DNA of 64,000 nt from Antedon mediterranea (taxonomy: Eukaryota; Animalia; Echinodermata). Position numbers and translations under genes: made by a program. The first letter of the stretch is position 1; each line of letters opens with the position of its first letter. The stretch spans positions 39,690,304 to 39,754,303 of the forward strand of contig NC_092671.1 in assembly GCF_964355755.1 (NCBI RefSeq), read 5' to 3'. Under the pieces are notes generated by a model. It was not told the origin of the DNA, searched no databases, and saw nothing but the letters and a program-made list of their open reading frames with translations. Below, in pieces: positions 1-12,400 of this stretch.

Positions 1-319
1 GCCCACACACGTGCGTGTTACACACACGGTCATGCACTCGATGTTACGGGTGCGAAACTCATGAATAACAAGTTAGAAAGAACTTGTTGAGGCTGGGCGC
101 GGCCGAGCCTAGGTAAGAAAAAAACCTAAATAAAGGACGCCGTTGTAGATATAACAAAATATATTATTACAATATATTGATTACAATTTAATAAAAAATT
201 GTTTTGATGAAATATAAGGTGCGTCTTATACATCGACGATATAAAAAATACCGATATTTTACTCTCAGTTAGGGGGTGCGTCTTATACACAGGTGCGACT
301 AATACACCGAAATATACGG
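1..319. mobile_element. Right end of a Tc1/mariner/pogo-type non-autonomous DNA transposon
   Basis: Ends ...GGTGCGACTAATACACCGAAATATACGG followed by TA; subterminal GGTGCGTCTTATAC repeated (218, 276), typical of CCGTA-terminated TcMar elements. Confidence 0.6.
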
Positions 320-329
320 TACATGGCTG

Positions 330-407
330 CAGTCGCGTGCGCAAACTTGAGTTAGTGTTTACCAACCGACCGACATAGTGAGCTAAAGAATCAGGTTGCA
401 CGCGACT
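330..407. mobile_element. Small inverted-repeat element (MITE remnant)
   Basis: AGTCGCGTGC..AACTTGA / TCAGGTTGCACGCGACT imperfect TIRs. Confidence 0.35.
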
Positions 408-457
408 AAAAACTTGTACACTAACAAAATTAATTGAAATGAGAAAAAAAGAAATAC

Positions 458-3400
458 CTCAAAATATTTTCCTGGTGTGATGTAAATGGACACACCAATG
501 GAGTTTGTAATAGTGCAGGCTGCTTCCTTTGTCTTCTTCTGAATCTCTGAATGACCTTTCTCTAACGCTTCACTAAATATCTATACAAGCAAGAAGAATG
601 TTTGGTAATGTAAAACAAACTTTACCAGTACCATACACACAGGCCTACAATGTGAATTATACTTTAATCTCTGTCTACACTATCAAAATTTATGTGACGA
701 CAAAATGTCATGTGACCATACATGGACATGATGATGTCATATCACTACCATATTTGGGCATATCGCTACCATATTTCACCTTTTTTTGTCAAACTAGTTT
801 GATAGTGTAGACAAGGCTTTACAGCCATCTTTTATGAAGGAACTCAACAGATATAACACCTCCAAGGAAGTGGGGCTGAAGCGTATTAGTTATAACACAT
901 GATTTTGTAACAGTGATTGACAGAAGGGGCAGGGCTAAAACTTACCTCGGAGAGTTTCATAAGCATGTTTAAACATGATTTTGTAACAGTTAACTCCATT
1001 GTATCAACAGATGAGACTGTGATTGACAGAAGGGGCGGGGCCAACTCAACAGATTCTTCTTCTGACGATGTTGTTGTAGATGTCCCTGTCGAACTGCTAG
1101 TGTCAGATATGTCATCATTTTTTATCATCTTTAAAAAGGAAGACACTACTTAATACTTTATTTCCCATTTAATGTTGATAGAAAACAAGAAAACTTGATA
1201 AGGTCAAGCAAGATTCTGACCTTTCATTACAACAAGAATCTTTCAGTGTACTCACTTAATAGATAATTTATATAATATTTATAATATATATATATTTATC
1301 AAGAACATTATCATCTCAATCCTCTATATTACTTGTACAAGCATATTGAGCATTTATTATGGATATCAACCCTATATAAATTTGATTGTGCTTGTCAGTA
1401 TACGATACGAGAGTGATGTGACACTTTGTAATTGCTTTTGTTTTTATTTAACTGTTTTCGTATATCTTTATATCTATATATATGCAAATGAGAATAAATG
1501 GAAGTAATTTTCCACTGATGAATGAATGAATTGACATGAAAGAAAGCAGATTCAATGAAACAAACCTAAACCAGTTAGCAACTTACTGAGATATTCAGAT
1601 TCCAAGGTCGATGACCTCCATTTGCTTTCTCCAATGGTTCCAGAAGTGGATCCCAACATGCGGTCTTCTCATTATAACTTGATACCATTAATGTTATTGT
1701 ACTCTCCATCTTCATCTATTAAACAGAAAATGTTAACATTATCATAAAAATAAATAATACAATAGTTCATTCTTATAAAGCGCATTATAATCAAGCTCTC
1801 AATGCGCTGCACATTATTACCCCGGTATTTTTTGGATCATAAACGTATGGAAACATACTCCCATAATAATGCAGCTAGTAATCAGCGCAAACCAGTACCC
1901 ATTTTATACACCTGGGTGGAGAGAGGCAAACGTAAGTGTCTGGCCAAAAGATACAAGCAATGGTGAAGATGGACAAATCTGTGATAGTGAAAAAGTTCTA
2001 CTACAATATACTTACTCTCGTGGACCAATCTTTAACAAAGGCGTCAACCTTAGCCTCAGCTGACAACATTGGCACCATCTTGCTACCACAGAGTGTTTCA
2101 ATCTTCATGGCAAACATGTCTACTGTAAATATCAACTCCTCTCCTCTGGATTGGTCAGAGAGAAGTAGCACATCAGATGGTGCTTTCAAAGGTAAGTCGT
2201 CGACATCACTTTCTGAATAAATAAACATTACCTCACGACAATTATTTTATAGTTATATTGCAATTTGTTTGGTCAATAGCTTATTGGATTACAAGGTAGT
2301 ATTGAATTCATCATCCACTTATAGACTATTTTGCAATACATTATCAGATTCGTAGAAAACCTTTATTTTTAGAGAAATAATTTTTATTACCAATATCTTC
2401 GCGCAAGAACCAGAAGTTTTGATCTTTCACTTTCGCAACATTCCATAAGTCTTTTGATACGTCATCACTTTGTTCTTCATCAACCTAAAAAAGAAATAAT
2501 CAAGACACACTTTTTACCTACTCAAATTAAACAATAACAATTTCTTGAGGCAGATAGCAGTTATCGGTTAATTTGATTCTAGTCTAGTTCTTTGGCAGCA
2601 AGTTCCAGCACTTACCTGTGGTGGTGTCAATCCCTGTGCAGCTGCAGCCAATATAGAAACAGTTTCTGGTGAAATATTGACTTGTACTTCCTGGAAAGAG
2701 ACATTGATGTGTTGTGCCTTTCCTGTGGGGGCTTGTAGTTGGAAACCCATGTTGCATGGAATTAATACCTGTAATTATAAAGTTCAATGTTAAAGTGTTT
2801 GATTGTTAACTAGAATATAATTCTCTGTGGTGAAAACAAAAAAACATAACAATATCAATCTGCGAAATGATGTCGCCAATTGTGACATTAGTTAAGGATA
2901 GACCCTGGCTTTCGATGTCCGGCATGTAGAACAAACCGGAAAAGAAATTCTTTTTTGCCAGTGGCCATCCGACTCTTAAATTCTTGAACTTTGACTCTTG
3001 TTATATTGTACTGTGTATTGTGATATTTTGTATATTTTGTAAGATCCTTTTAATCCAGACCTTTTTATTTGAATTGCCCCATGTGGGATGATTAAAGAAT
3101 TTTGAATACAGTATTTTCATTGCAAAATTGTTCAGTTCTTTGGTGAACATACCGATCTAAGTTTGCCTTTTCTATTTTCAACAAGGTAAGGACAAGCATT
3201 GATGGAGACTTGAGAGAATCCACCATTGATTGACATCAGGTCAGCATTCATGCGTAATCTCATGTCACCAAAACTCTGAAAATTAAAATGTAAGATATTG
3301 GGATGAAAAAAATACATAATCAAGACAATTTTTTGAACGATTTTACAGCAAATTAAATTATTCCCTGGATGACCAATTTTTTTCTGAAAATGTATAAAGG

Positions 3401-6400
3401 TCTGTCTACACTATCAAAAGTTATGTGACAAAAAAATGTGTGCCCATATATTGACATGATGATGTCATATTACTACCATATATAAGCATATTACTACCAT
3501 ATATAAGCATATCACTACCATATTTGAGCACTCAAACTAGTTTGATAGTGTAGACAGAGCTTAAGGACAACATCTGTACACAGGTCTTCATAAGTCTTTA
3601 TTACAGCTAAATATAAATCCAATAATACAGGTAAATAGTCAAATGCTTATCCCAATGGCTGCCTGTACAAATAAACATAAATATTTAAGCTCTGTTTACA
3701 CTATCAAACTAGTTTGATAAAAAATGTGTGATTTGTCCAAATATGGAAGTGATATTCTTAAATATGGTAGTGAAATGACATCATCATGTCCATACAGTAT
3801 ATGGGCTCATCACATTTTTTTTTGTCACATAAAGTTTGATAGTGTAGACAGAGCTTTATATTGTAAACTTACTCTCATGACTAAACAATTAGTGTCCTTG
3901 CGACTTGAATCAGCAACAAGAATAATCTCTGGATTCTCAACTTTCAGATGTAGCGACAAATCTAGCGTCGTTGGTGCGGCTGACTTGTTATTGTCTGCTA
4001 CATTCTCTAACTTTTTTTTCTTACTTTCTGCAGACTGGCCGTCTTCGAGACCCTTCAGGAATATTTGAGATACTGTCATCAAGAATTCTACGCATACGCA
4101 GGTCTGTACGTCATTGAATCCAACCACAACTGAAAGAAACAACAATTTTATATTATTTGGTGTATGTATGTATGGGTATAATGAGTCACAGTGACCTAGG
4201 TCGCTTTTGTTTTTCCTTTTATTTTTGTTTTGTTCAAATAAATAAATGAAATGATGAGCGATTAGAAAAACTGCAATTTGATATTATTTGGTAATTTTTG
4301 TAAAATACAGATTATAATGGTTTATCGGAAAAAGTGTGTGCAACATGGTGGGAAGGATTTGGGAGCAAACGTCACGATGCATACGTACGTGATTTGTAGT
4401 TTGTTCGTACGCGTATTTTGCTCCCAAACCCTTCCCATCAAGCTATTTGCGATAAACCTTATGTTTAAAAACTTACTTGCTAGTGCAGTACTTACTTATA
4501 ACACTTCCGTTGCTACGTTGATCTACCTTGACAACCATCATCTGACTTTCTTCATCTGACTTAGCTTGTCTTCCAAACATTCTGCACAATCATATACAAA
4601 ACCCGTATACATTAAATCAAAATGATGAAGGCTATTCTCAAATAAACAATGGGAGTTTTGTTTTCAACCTGGTGTTAATCAAAATGCTACTTTTAAGAAT
4701 TAGATTTGACCTCACTCGGGCATAAATAATAATAATGCGACATTTATATAGCACTATTTCGTAAAGATCAGAGCGCTTTGAGTATTTTTTAGACTCCGAG
4801 AAGGAAATAGGACAAAGACAACCCATTAATGACAACAAAAAAACAACAAAGATGATTCAAACACCACCGCACTGTTCCCCCGCAATTACCTTCTCAACAA
4901 CTGTGAATAAGTGAAAGAATATAGAATGCTTAAATAAACTCAGTTTCCTACCTCGTGACTCCATCTACTCTTTCAGGTCGTATATCATCTAAGACACAAT
5001 TAACAAGATGCATGTGTGCAGTCAGACTGCTATCAGTCAGCATGTCAGCTTCTACCTCCAAACCATGAACTGTCAGCCTACCAAGTCCCTCTGTAGCAGT
5101 CTGTACACCCTTACAAGTGGTCTAAAATAAACAAGTTATATCTATCACTTTAGTTCATAAAATGTATGTGATATATATACACAAACACAAGTCTAAAACA
5201 AATTGAAATATCAGACGCGCTTGGTTGTAAACGAGGTTTCCTTTTATGAACAAGGGACTACAATGTTCTGTGTACTATTGAATTAAACTTTACAAGCTAA
5301 AGCCTATCAAACTATATTATTGTGTAGTTATTATGCTGGTCAAATAAATAAACAAAACAAAACGCAACTTTATATGTTAATGGTTAAATACCTTCTGAAA
5401 GCTCTGTCTACACTATCAAACTAAAAAAAACTTTTTTTGTCCAACTAGTTTGATAGTTGCTTTAGGTGGCCCTTCAGAAGGTAAACAACACAATAACATA
5501 CGATACATATAAAAATGAAATGTGATGAAGAGCAGGGGCAGCTGAGGTAACTGTCTGTTTTCTCATACATGAAAGGACAATCACTTACTAAATTAATCTA
5601 TCTAAATGAAATGAAGTAATGCACTTACCAGGTCTGCTGACTTTTGGTACATGCTTACGCCAACAGACTCAATGGTAAAGTTAAGACTTAACTGACTTGA
5701 CACTTGCTTCTGGTCTCCACCTTCACTATCACGATCTGTAAATATACAAACAGTTTTTGCTTCAGGCTATTAAACAACAATATATACTTAAGTATATATT
5801 TAAGTTGTTCTCTCGCCAATGTTCTATATCTTAAGCTTTCTACATTATGACATTTTATGTGATGAAGTCATATCACTACCATATTTAAGCATACCACTAC
5901 AATATTTTGGGCACATCACACTTTTTGTCAAACTTATTTGACAGTGTAGACAGAGCTTTATGCATTAACATCCTCACAAAAAGTCTCTAAGAATTCAAAA
6001 TATACCTTTATCTTGTTTTTGTTTGTCTTTATCCTCATCTTCCAGTTGAGTGACCTCATCCGGGATTGTTTGACCCTCATTCAAGTTTTCATTGAGAACA
6101 CCAAAGGCTAATGCGATATCATCTGGTCCAATATGCATCTACAAAGTAATTATTGTAACTGATTTAATATATATGATATGATAGAATGTATTTATGGTAT
6201 CATCATTTGAATCATCCATGCTCCATAACAAAATGAGATGATCAGTCTGATATCGGTGTTTTTTTTTTGTGCCTTTTTTTTAAATAAACTTATCTATGCT
6301 ATTGATTTTGTAACTATAGATATCTGTATCCGAAATAAAAGTAAAATGGGATGTCAATATGATGACTTTTGATGTTTATAATATTTTTGGTATCAAAATC

Positions 6401-9400
6401 AAATATTTTTTTAAATAAATTTAATATAATAAATCAATCATATGGCAAGAATATATCTGTGTATATTGCATTTGAGTAGTTTATCATTGCTATTTAATTT
6501 ATCATTTTTAAAATACACCTTTTTCCCAAAAAGTAATGGTCATCAGATCGGTTTTTGTACAGCACTTTGATCTTTGTAAAGGCGCTATAGAAATGATAAT
6601 GTTTATTGTTATCCCTACTCAAACTCAAAATAATAGAAGCTTACATCAACAGCTTGCAGCTTGCCATTGACTGCAATAGCTGGTAGCTTAGTGAAGTAGG
6701 CTGCAGCTAAGTTCCTCTGCACCTGTAACTGCATGTTAGCTGGTTCTAACATCAACGATTCAGACTTTACTTCTCCATCTTCAATAAATGCCCTGAAAGA
6801 ACAAAAGATTTTTTTACTTCTTTTACTTTTAATTGTTTGTTGTTTTTCTGTAAATAGTTTTGTATACTGAAACGACCTTGTTAAAAACTACACAAAGCAA
6901 CAGTGGTGTTGGTAGTCTATGAGTGAGATAATGTACCTGTATAGACTCTATATGCCATTATTCACAATATGGACACCCCTCAAAGGAAAATGGAATAGTC
7001 CAGGCTACTACTTTAAATATCAAGTTTTCCATTTCAAATAAAGTTATTATTATTAAGGTTACTTTGAGTGGGTTATTTAATGGTAGCAATGGAACATACT
7101 GTGACATGAAAATCAAGCATTAATATAAATAAGAAAATACAAATAAATAAATAAATAAGAAAATACACATCATAAATAATCTTGATTTGAAATATCAGTA
7201 TTATTTGTTTGGTCTCACCGTGACAACTTGACGTTGTTTAAAACAATGTCCATGGTGTCCACTACAGCCGGTACGGTCAATTCCTCTGACCCTGCAGCAA
7301 TCGTGAAAGAGTTTTTGACAAATAATTCACCAAGATCTGCATAAATCGCCATTTTTGCTGTTGAACTTCGTGGAATGATGACAACGGGAGCTTTGATTTG
7401 GACGTCCAGCATTGCTCTCATGGCGGCCTCTTGCATCTCCTGCATCGTCTTGGCTGCGGATGCTGCCGCACTTTCACTGGCTTCAATCGCTGCTTTTTTT
7501 GCAGCTGCGAAGCGGTTTACAAATTGCTGTGGAAATAATTGAAGATTATGTAATTTCAGACATGAAACAAAAAGAAAATAATATCAAATAGCAATTATAG
7601 TAATTATTTACAAGTTTGTCTTATTTTCTGAAACTTTTCAAATTTTATTTTTAAGGTTTTTTTTACATGCATATATACAGATAGATCATACACCATTCAC
7701 AAAAATACTAATTATTAATTATCAATTAATGGATTTGCCTAATACAAACACAGATAATTTTATACAATGACTCCATACTTGGCAAAAGGCAGTACACAAA
7801 TATTAGCTTACCAATAGGTCCATGATAAACTTATTGACAAACACTGCTTGTATACGTCCGACACTGAGGGCCAGACTAAGGTCAACAGCTGACATGTCCG
7901 TATAATGCTGACCAACGGTTGCGCTGTTATGCACAACTACTCCCAGTTTAAACACTTCTGAGCTCTCAACTATGGAGAGAATCTATCATAAAAACAATTT
8001 AAAACAATTCATCATTGTATTGGTATGGTAGTTGTTTTTAACTTTTGTTTCATTGAAAAAATTCTTCAAATATTTCTTTGGCAAACAAAACAATCTCTTT
8101 TTGTATACTTTTTTTTATTATTTTTTAAAAATTAATTTTTAATTAATTTTCTTTTATTTCATTGTAAAATATAACATTAACTTGTATGAGTAACGATTTG
8201 GAACCGACACTCTTCATAATAAAGGTTAAATTGTGGTAATGTAGTCTGTTGATAGCATATTGTTTGCTGTAGTACATTTTTATAATCTAATACTAAACAG
8301 TAGTAACCTTGGGATAGATAGTATTTGGTGAAGGATCTGTCACTGTCACATCTTTTAAACTTGCTGATACTATTGTTTGATGTTTTTGAATAGTTACACC
8401 TGCTTCAACACCTGTAGTGAAAACAATAATGATATGCGTAATTAGATTACAATAAGTTAAGAAAAATGTACAAATCATCAAAAATCAAACAAATATAATG
8501 TTGTGTTGAGAGTGAAGTTGGCAATATTGAAATTTGGTTTTAAATTGGATACAAGTATAGATAGACCTATGAATAAAGCCCTGACTACACTATCAAATGT
8601 GACAAAAAAATGTGATGTGCCTATATATGGGCATGATGATGTCATATCACTACCATATTTAGGCATATAATCACTACCATATTTGGGCCCAAACTAATTT
8701 GATAGTGTAGACAGCTTAAGGCATTAACTTACCCTTAACATCCACACAAGCGAGGGCGGCATTACATGTACATGCTTCAATGGAGATTACACCAAGCTTG
8801 GCCATTAACTGTACATCAATAACTTTAGATGGCAATGGTCTAGTTTGACGTCTTCTAACTAAAAACATTCAAAAACAACAAAACATTTATGCATTGAACT
8901 TAAAAGTTTTTTTTTAAATGAATAATTTTTTTTTTTAAATTAATTTGCATATCATTTATACTAACGCCTGTTAATTTGCATATCATTTACACATAAAGCC
9001 TGTTAATTTGCATATCATTTATACTAAAGCCTGTTAATTTGCATAATTATTTACACACACCTGGCTTCTTTTCACTGTCACTTGAATAACCTTCACCAAG
9101 TGCCTTTTCCTCTTCCTTTTTACTTTCATCCAGCATGGCGACAATTTGTTCAGAAAATGCCACGATGTTGAGGATGGCTTCAGCGTGTGCTGTCAACGTC
9201 AGGCCAGCTACGTCCACTTGGATGTTCTGTTCTGTCGATTCATACAATGTGTGGAAATCTGGATTATCTTTCTCAATCTACAAACAAATACAACATTTGA
9301 TAATCAACATAAAATTGTATTTCTTTGATAATTTATTTGTGATATCTTGTTCAGTAATAATAATAATACTCATATGGTAGTCTTATATAGCACCTAACAT

Positions 9401-12400
9401 AATTTTTCTAAGCGCTTTACACACAAAAATGATCCATAAAATATCCCAAGATATAAAAAAAAGAAGAAGAAAAGCAGCAGCAGCAGAGGAACCATTTACA
9501 CCAATCCATTCTCCAGCACTTTGAAGCTCTCAAATGATTGATTCCTGTTTTCTGTTTGAAATTAAAATGTCATGTCAAATGTGTTTGTGTTCCTTTCATT
9601 GTCTTGTCCTGTATTCAAATGTGTTTGTGTTCCTTTCATTGTCTTGTCCTGTATTCAAATGTGTTTGTGTTCCTTTCATTGTCTTGTCCTGTATTCAAAT
9701 GTGTTTGTGTTCCTTTCATTGTCTTGTCCTGTATTCAAATGTGTTTGTGTTCCTTTCATTGTCTTGTCCTGTATTCAAATGTGTTTGTGTTCCTTTCATT
9801 GTCTTGTCCTGTATTCAAATGTGTTTGTGTTCCTTTCATTGTCTTGTCCGGTATTCAAATGTGTTTGTGTTCCTTTCATTGTCTTGTCCTGTATTCAAAT
9901 GTGTTTGTGTTCCTTTCATTGTCTTGTCCTGTATTCAAATGTGTTTGTGTTCCTTTCATTGTCTTGTCCGGTATTCAAATGTGTTTGTGTTCCTTTCATT
10001 GTCTTGTCCTGTATTCAAATGTGTTTGTGTTCCTTTCATTGTCTTGTCCTGTATTCAAATGTGTTTGTGTTCCTTTCATTGTCTTGTCCTGTATTCAAAT
10101 GTGTTTGTGTTCCTTTCATTGTCTTGTCCTGTATTCAAATGTGTTTGTGTTCCTTTCATTGTCTTGTCCTGTATTCAAATGTGTTTGTGTTCCTTTCATT
10201 GTCTTGTCCTGTATTCAAATGTGTTTGTGTTCCTTTCATTGTCTTGTCCTGTATTCAAATGTGTTTGTGTTCCTTTCATTGTCTTGTCCTGTATTCAAAT
10301 GTGTTTGTGTTCCTTTCATTGTCTTGTCCTGTATTCAAATGTGTTTGTGTTCCTTTCATTGTCTTGTCCTGTATTCAAATGTGTTTGTGTTCCTTTCATT
10401 GTCTTGTCCGGTATTCAAATGTGTTTGTGTTCCTTTCATTGTCTTGTCCTGTATTCAAATGTGTTTGTGTTCCTTTCATTGTCTTGTCCTGTATTCAAAT
10501 GTGTTTGTGTTCCTTTCATTGTCTTGTCCTGTATTCAAATGTGTTTGTGTTCCTTTCATTGTCTTGTCCTGTATTCAAATGTGTTTGTGTTCCTTTCATT
10601 GTCTTGTCCTGTATTCAAATGTGTTTGTGTTCCTTTCATTGTCTTGTCCTGTATTCAAATGTGTTTGTGTTCCTTTCATTGTCTTGTCCTGTATTCAAAT
10701 GTGTTTGTGTTCCTTTCATTGTCTTGTCCTGTATTCAAATGTGTTTGTGTTCCTTTCATTGTCTTGTCCTGTATTCAAATGTGTTTGTGTTCCTTTCATT
10801 GTCTTGTCCTGTATTCAAATGTGTTTGTGTTCCTTTCATTGTCTTGTCCTGTATTCAAATGTGTTTGTGTTCCTTTCATTGTCTTGTCCTGTATTCAAAT
10901 GTGTTTGTGTTCCTTTCATTGTCTTGTCCGGTATTCAAATGTGTTTGTGTTTTTTTCATTGTCTTGTCCTGTATTCAAATGTGTTTGTGTTCCTTTCATT
11001 GTCTTGTCCTGTATTCAAATGTGTTTGTGTTCCTTTCATTGTCTTGTCCTGTATTCAAATGTGTTTGTGTTCCTTTCATTGTCTTGTCCTGTATTCAAAT
11101 GTGTTTGTGTTCCTTTCATTGTCTTGTCCGGTATTCAAATGTGTTTGTGTTCCTTTCATTGTCTTGTCCTGTATTCAAATGTGTTTGTGTTCCTTTCATT
11201 GTCTTGTCCTGTATTCAAATGTGTTTGTGTTCCTTTCATTGTCTTGTCCTGTATTCAAATGTGTTTGTGTTCCTTTCATTGTCTTGTCCTGTATTCAAAT
11301 GTGTTTGTGTTCCTTTCATTGTCTTGTCCTGTATTCAAATGTGTTTGTGTTCCTTTCATTGTCTTGTCCTGTATTCAAATGTGTTTGTGTTCCTTTCATT
11401 GTCTTGTCCTGTATTCAAATGTGTTTGTGTTCCTTTCATTGTCTTGTCCTGTATTCAAATGTGTTTGTGTTCCTTTCATTGTCTTGTCCTGTATTCAAAT
11501 GTGTTTGTGTTCCTTTCATTGTCTTGTCCTGTATTCAAATGTGTTTGTGTTCCTTTCATTGTCTTGTCCTGTATTCAAATGTGTTTGTGTTCCTTTCATT
11601 GTCTTGTCCTGTATTCAAATGTGTTTGTGTTCCTTTCATTGTCTTGTCCTGTATTCAAATGTGTTTGTGTTCCTTTCATTGTCTTGTCCGGTATTCAAAT
11701 GTGTTTGTGTTCCTTTCATTGTCTTGTCCTGTATTCAAATGTGTTTGTGTTCCTTTCATTGTCTTGTCCTGTATTCAAATGTGTTTGTGTTCCTTTCATT
11801 GTCTTGTCCGGTATTCAAATGTGTTTGTGTTCCTTTCATTGTCTTGTCCTGTATTCAAATGTGTTTGTGTTCCTTTCATTGTCTTGTCCTGTATTCAAAT
11901 GTGTTTGTGTTCCTTTCATTGTCTTGTCCTGTATTCAAATGTGTTTGTGTTCCTTTCATTGTCTTGTCCTGTATTCAAATGTGTTTGTGTTCCTTTCATT
12001 GTCTTGTCCTGTATTCAAATGTGTTTGTGTTCCTTTCATTGTCTTGTCCTGTATTCAAATGTGTTTGTGTTCCTTTCATTGTCTTGTCCTGTATTCAAAT
12101 GTGTTTGTGTTCCTTTCATTGTCTTGTCCTGTATTCAAATGTGTTTGTGTTCCTTTCATTGTCTTGTCCTGTATTCAAATGTGTTTGTGTTCCTTTCATT
12201 GTCTTGTCCTGTATTCAAATGTGTTTGTGTTCCTTTCATTGTCTTGTCCGGTATTCAAATGTGTTTGTGTTCCTTTCATTGTCTTGTCCTGTATTCAAAT
12301 GTGTTTGTGTTCCTTTCATTGTCTTGTCCTGTATTCAAATGTGTTTGTGTTCCTTTCATTGTCTTGTCCTGTATTCAAATGTGTTTGTGTTCCTTTCATT

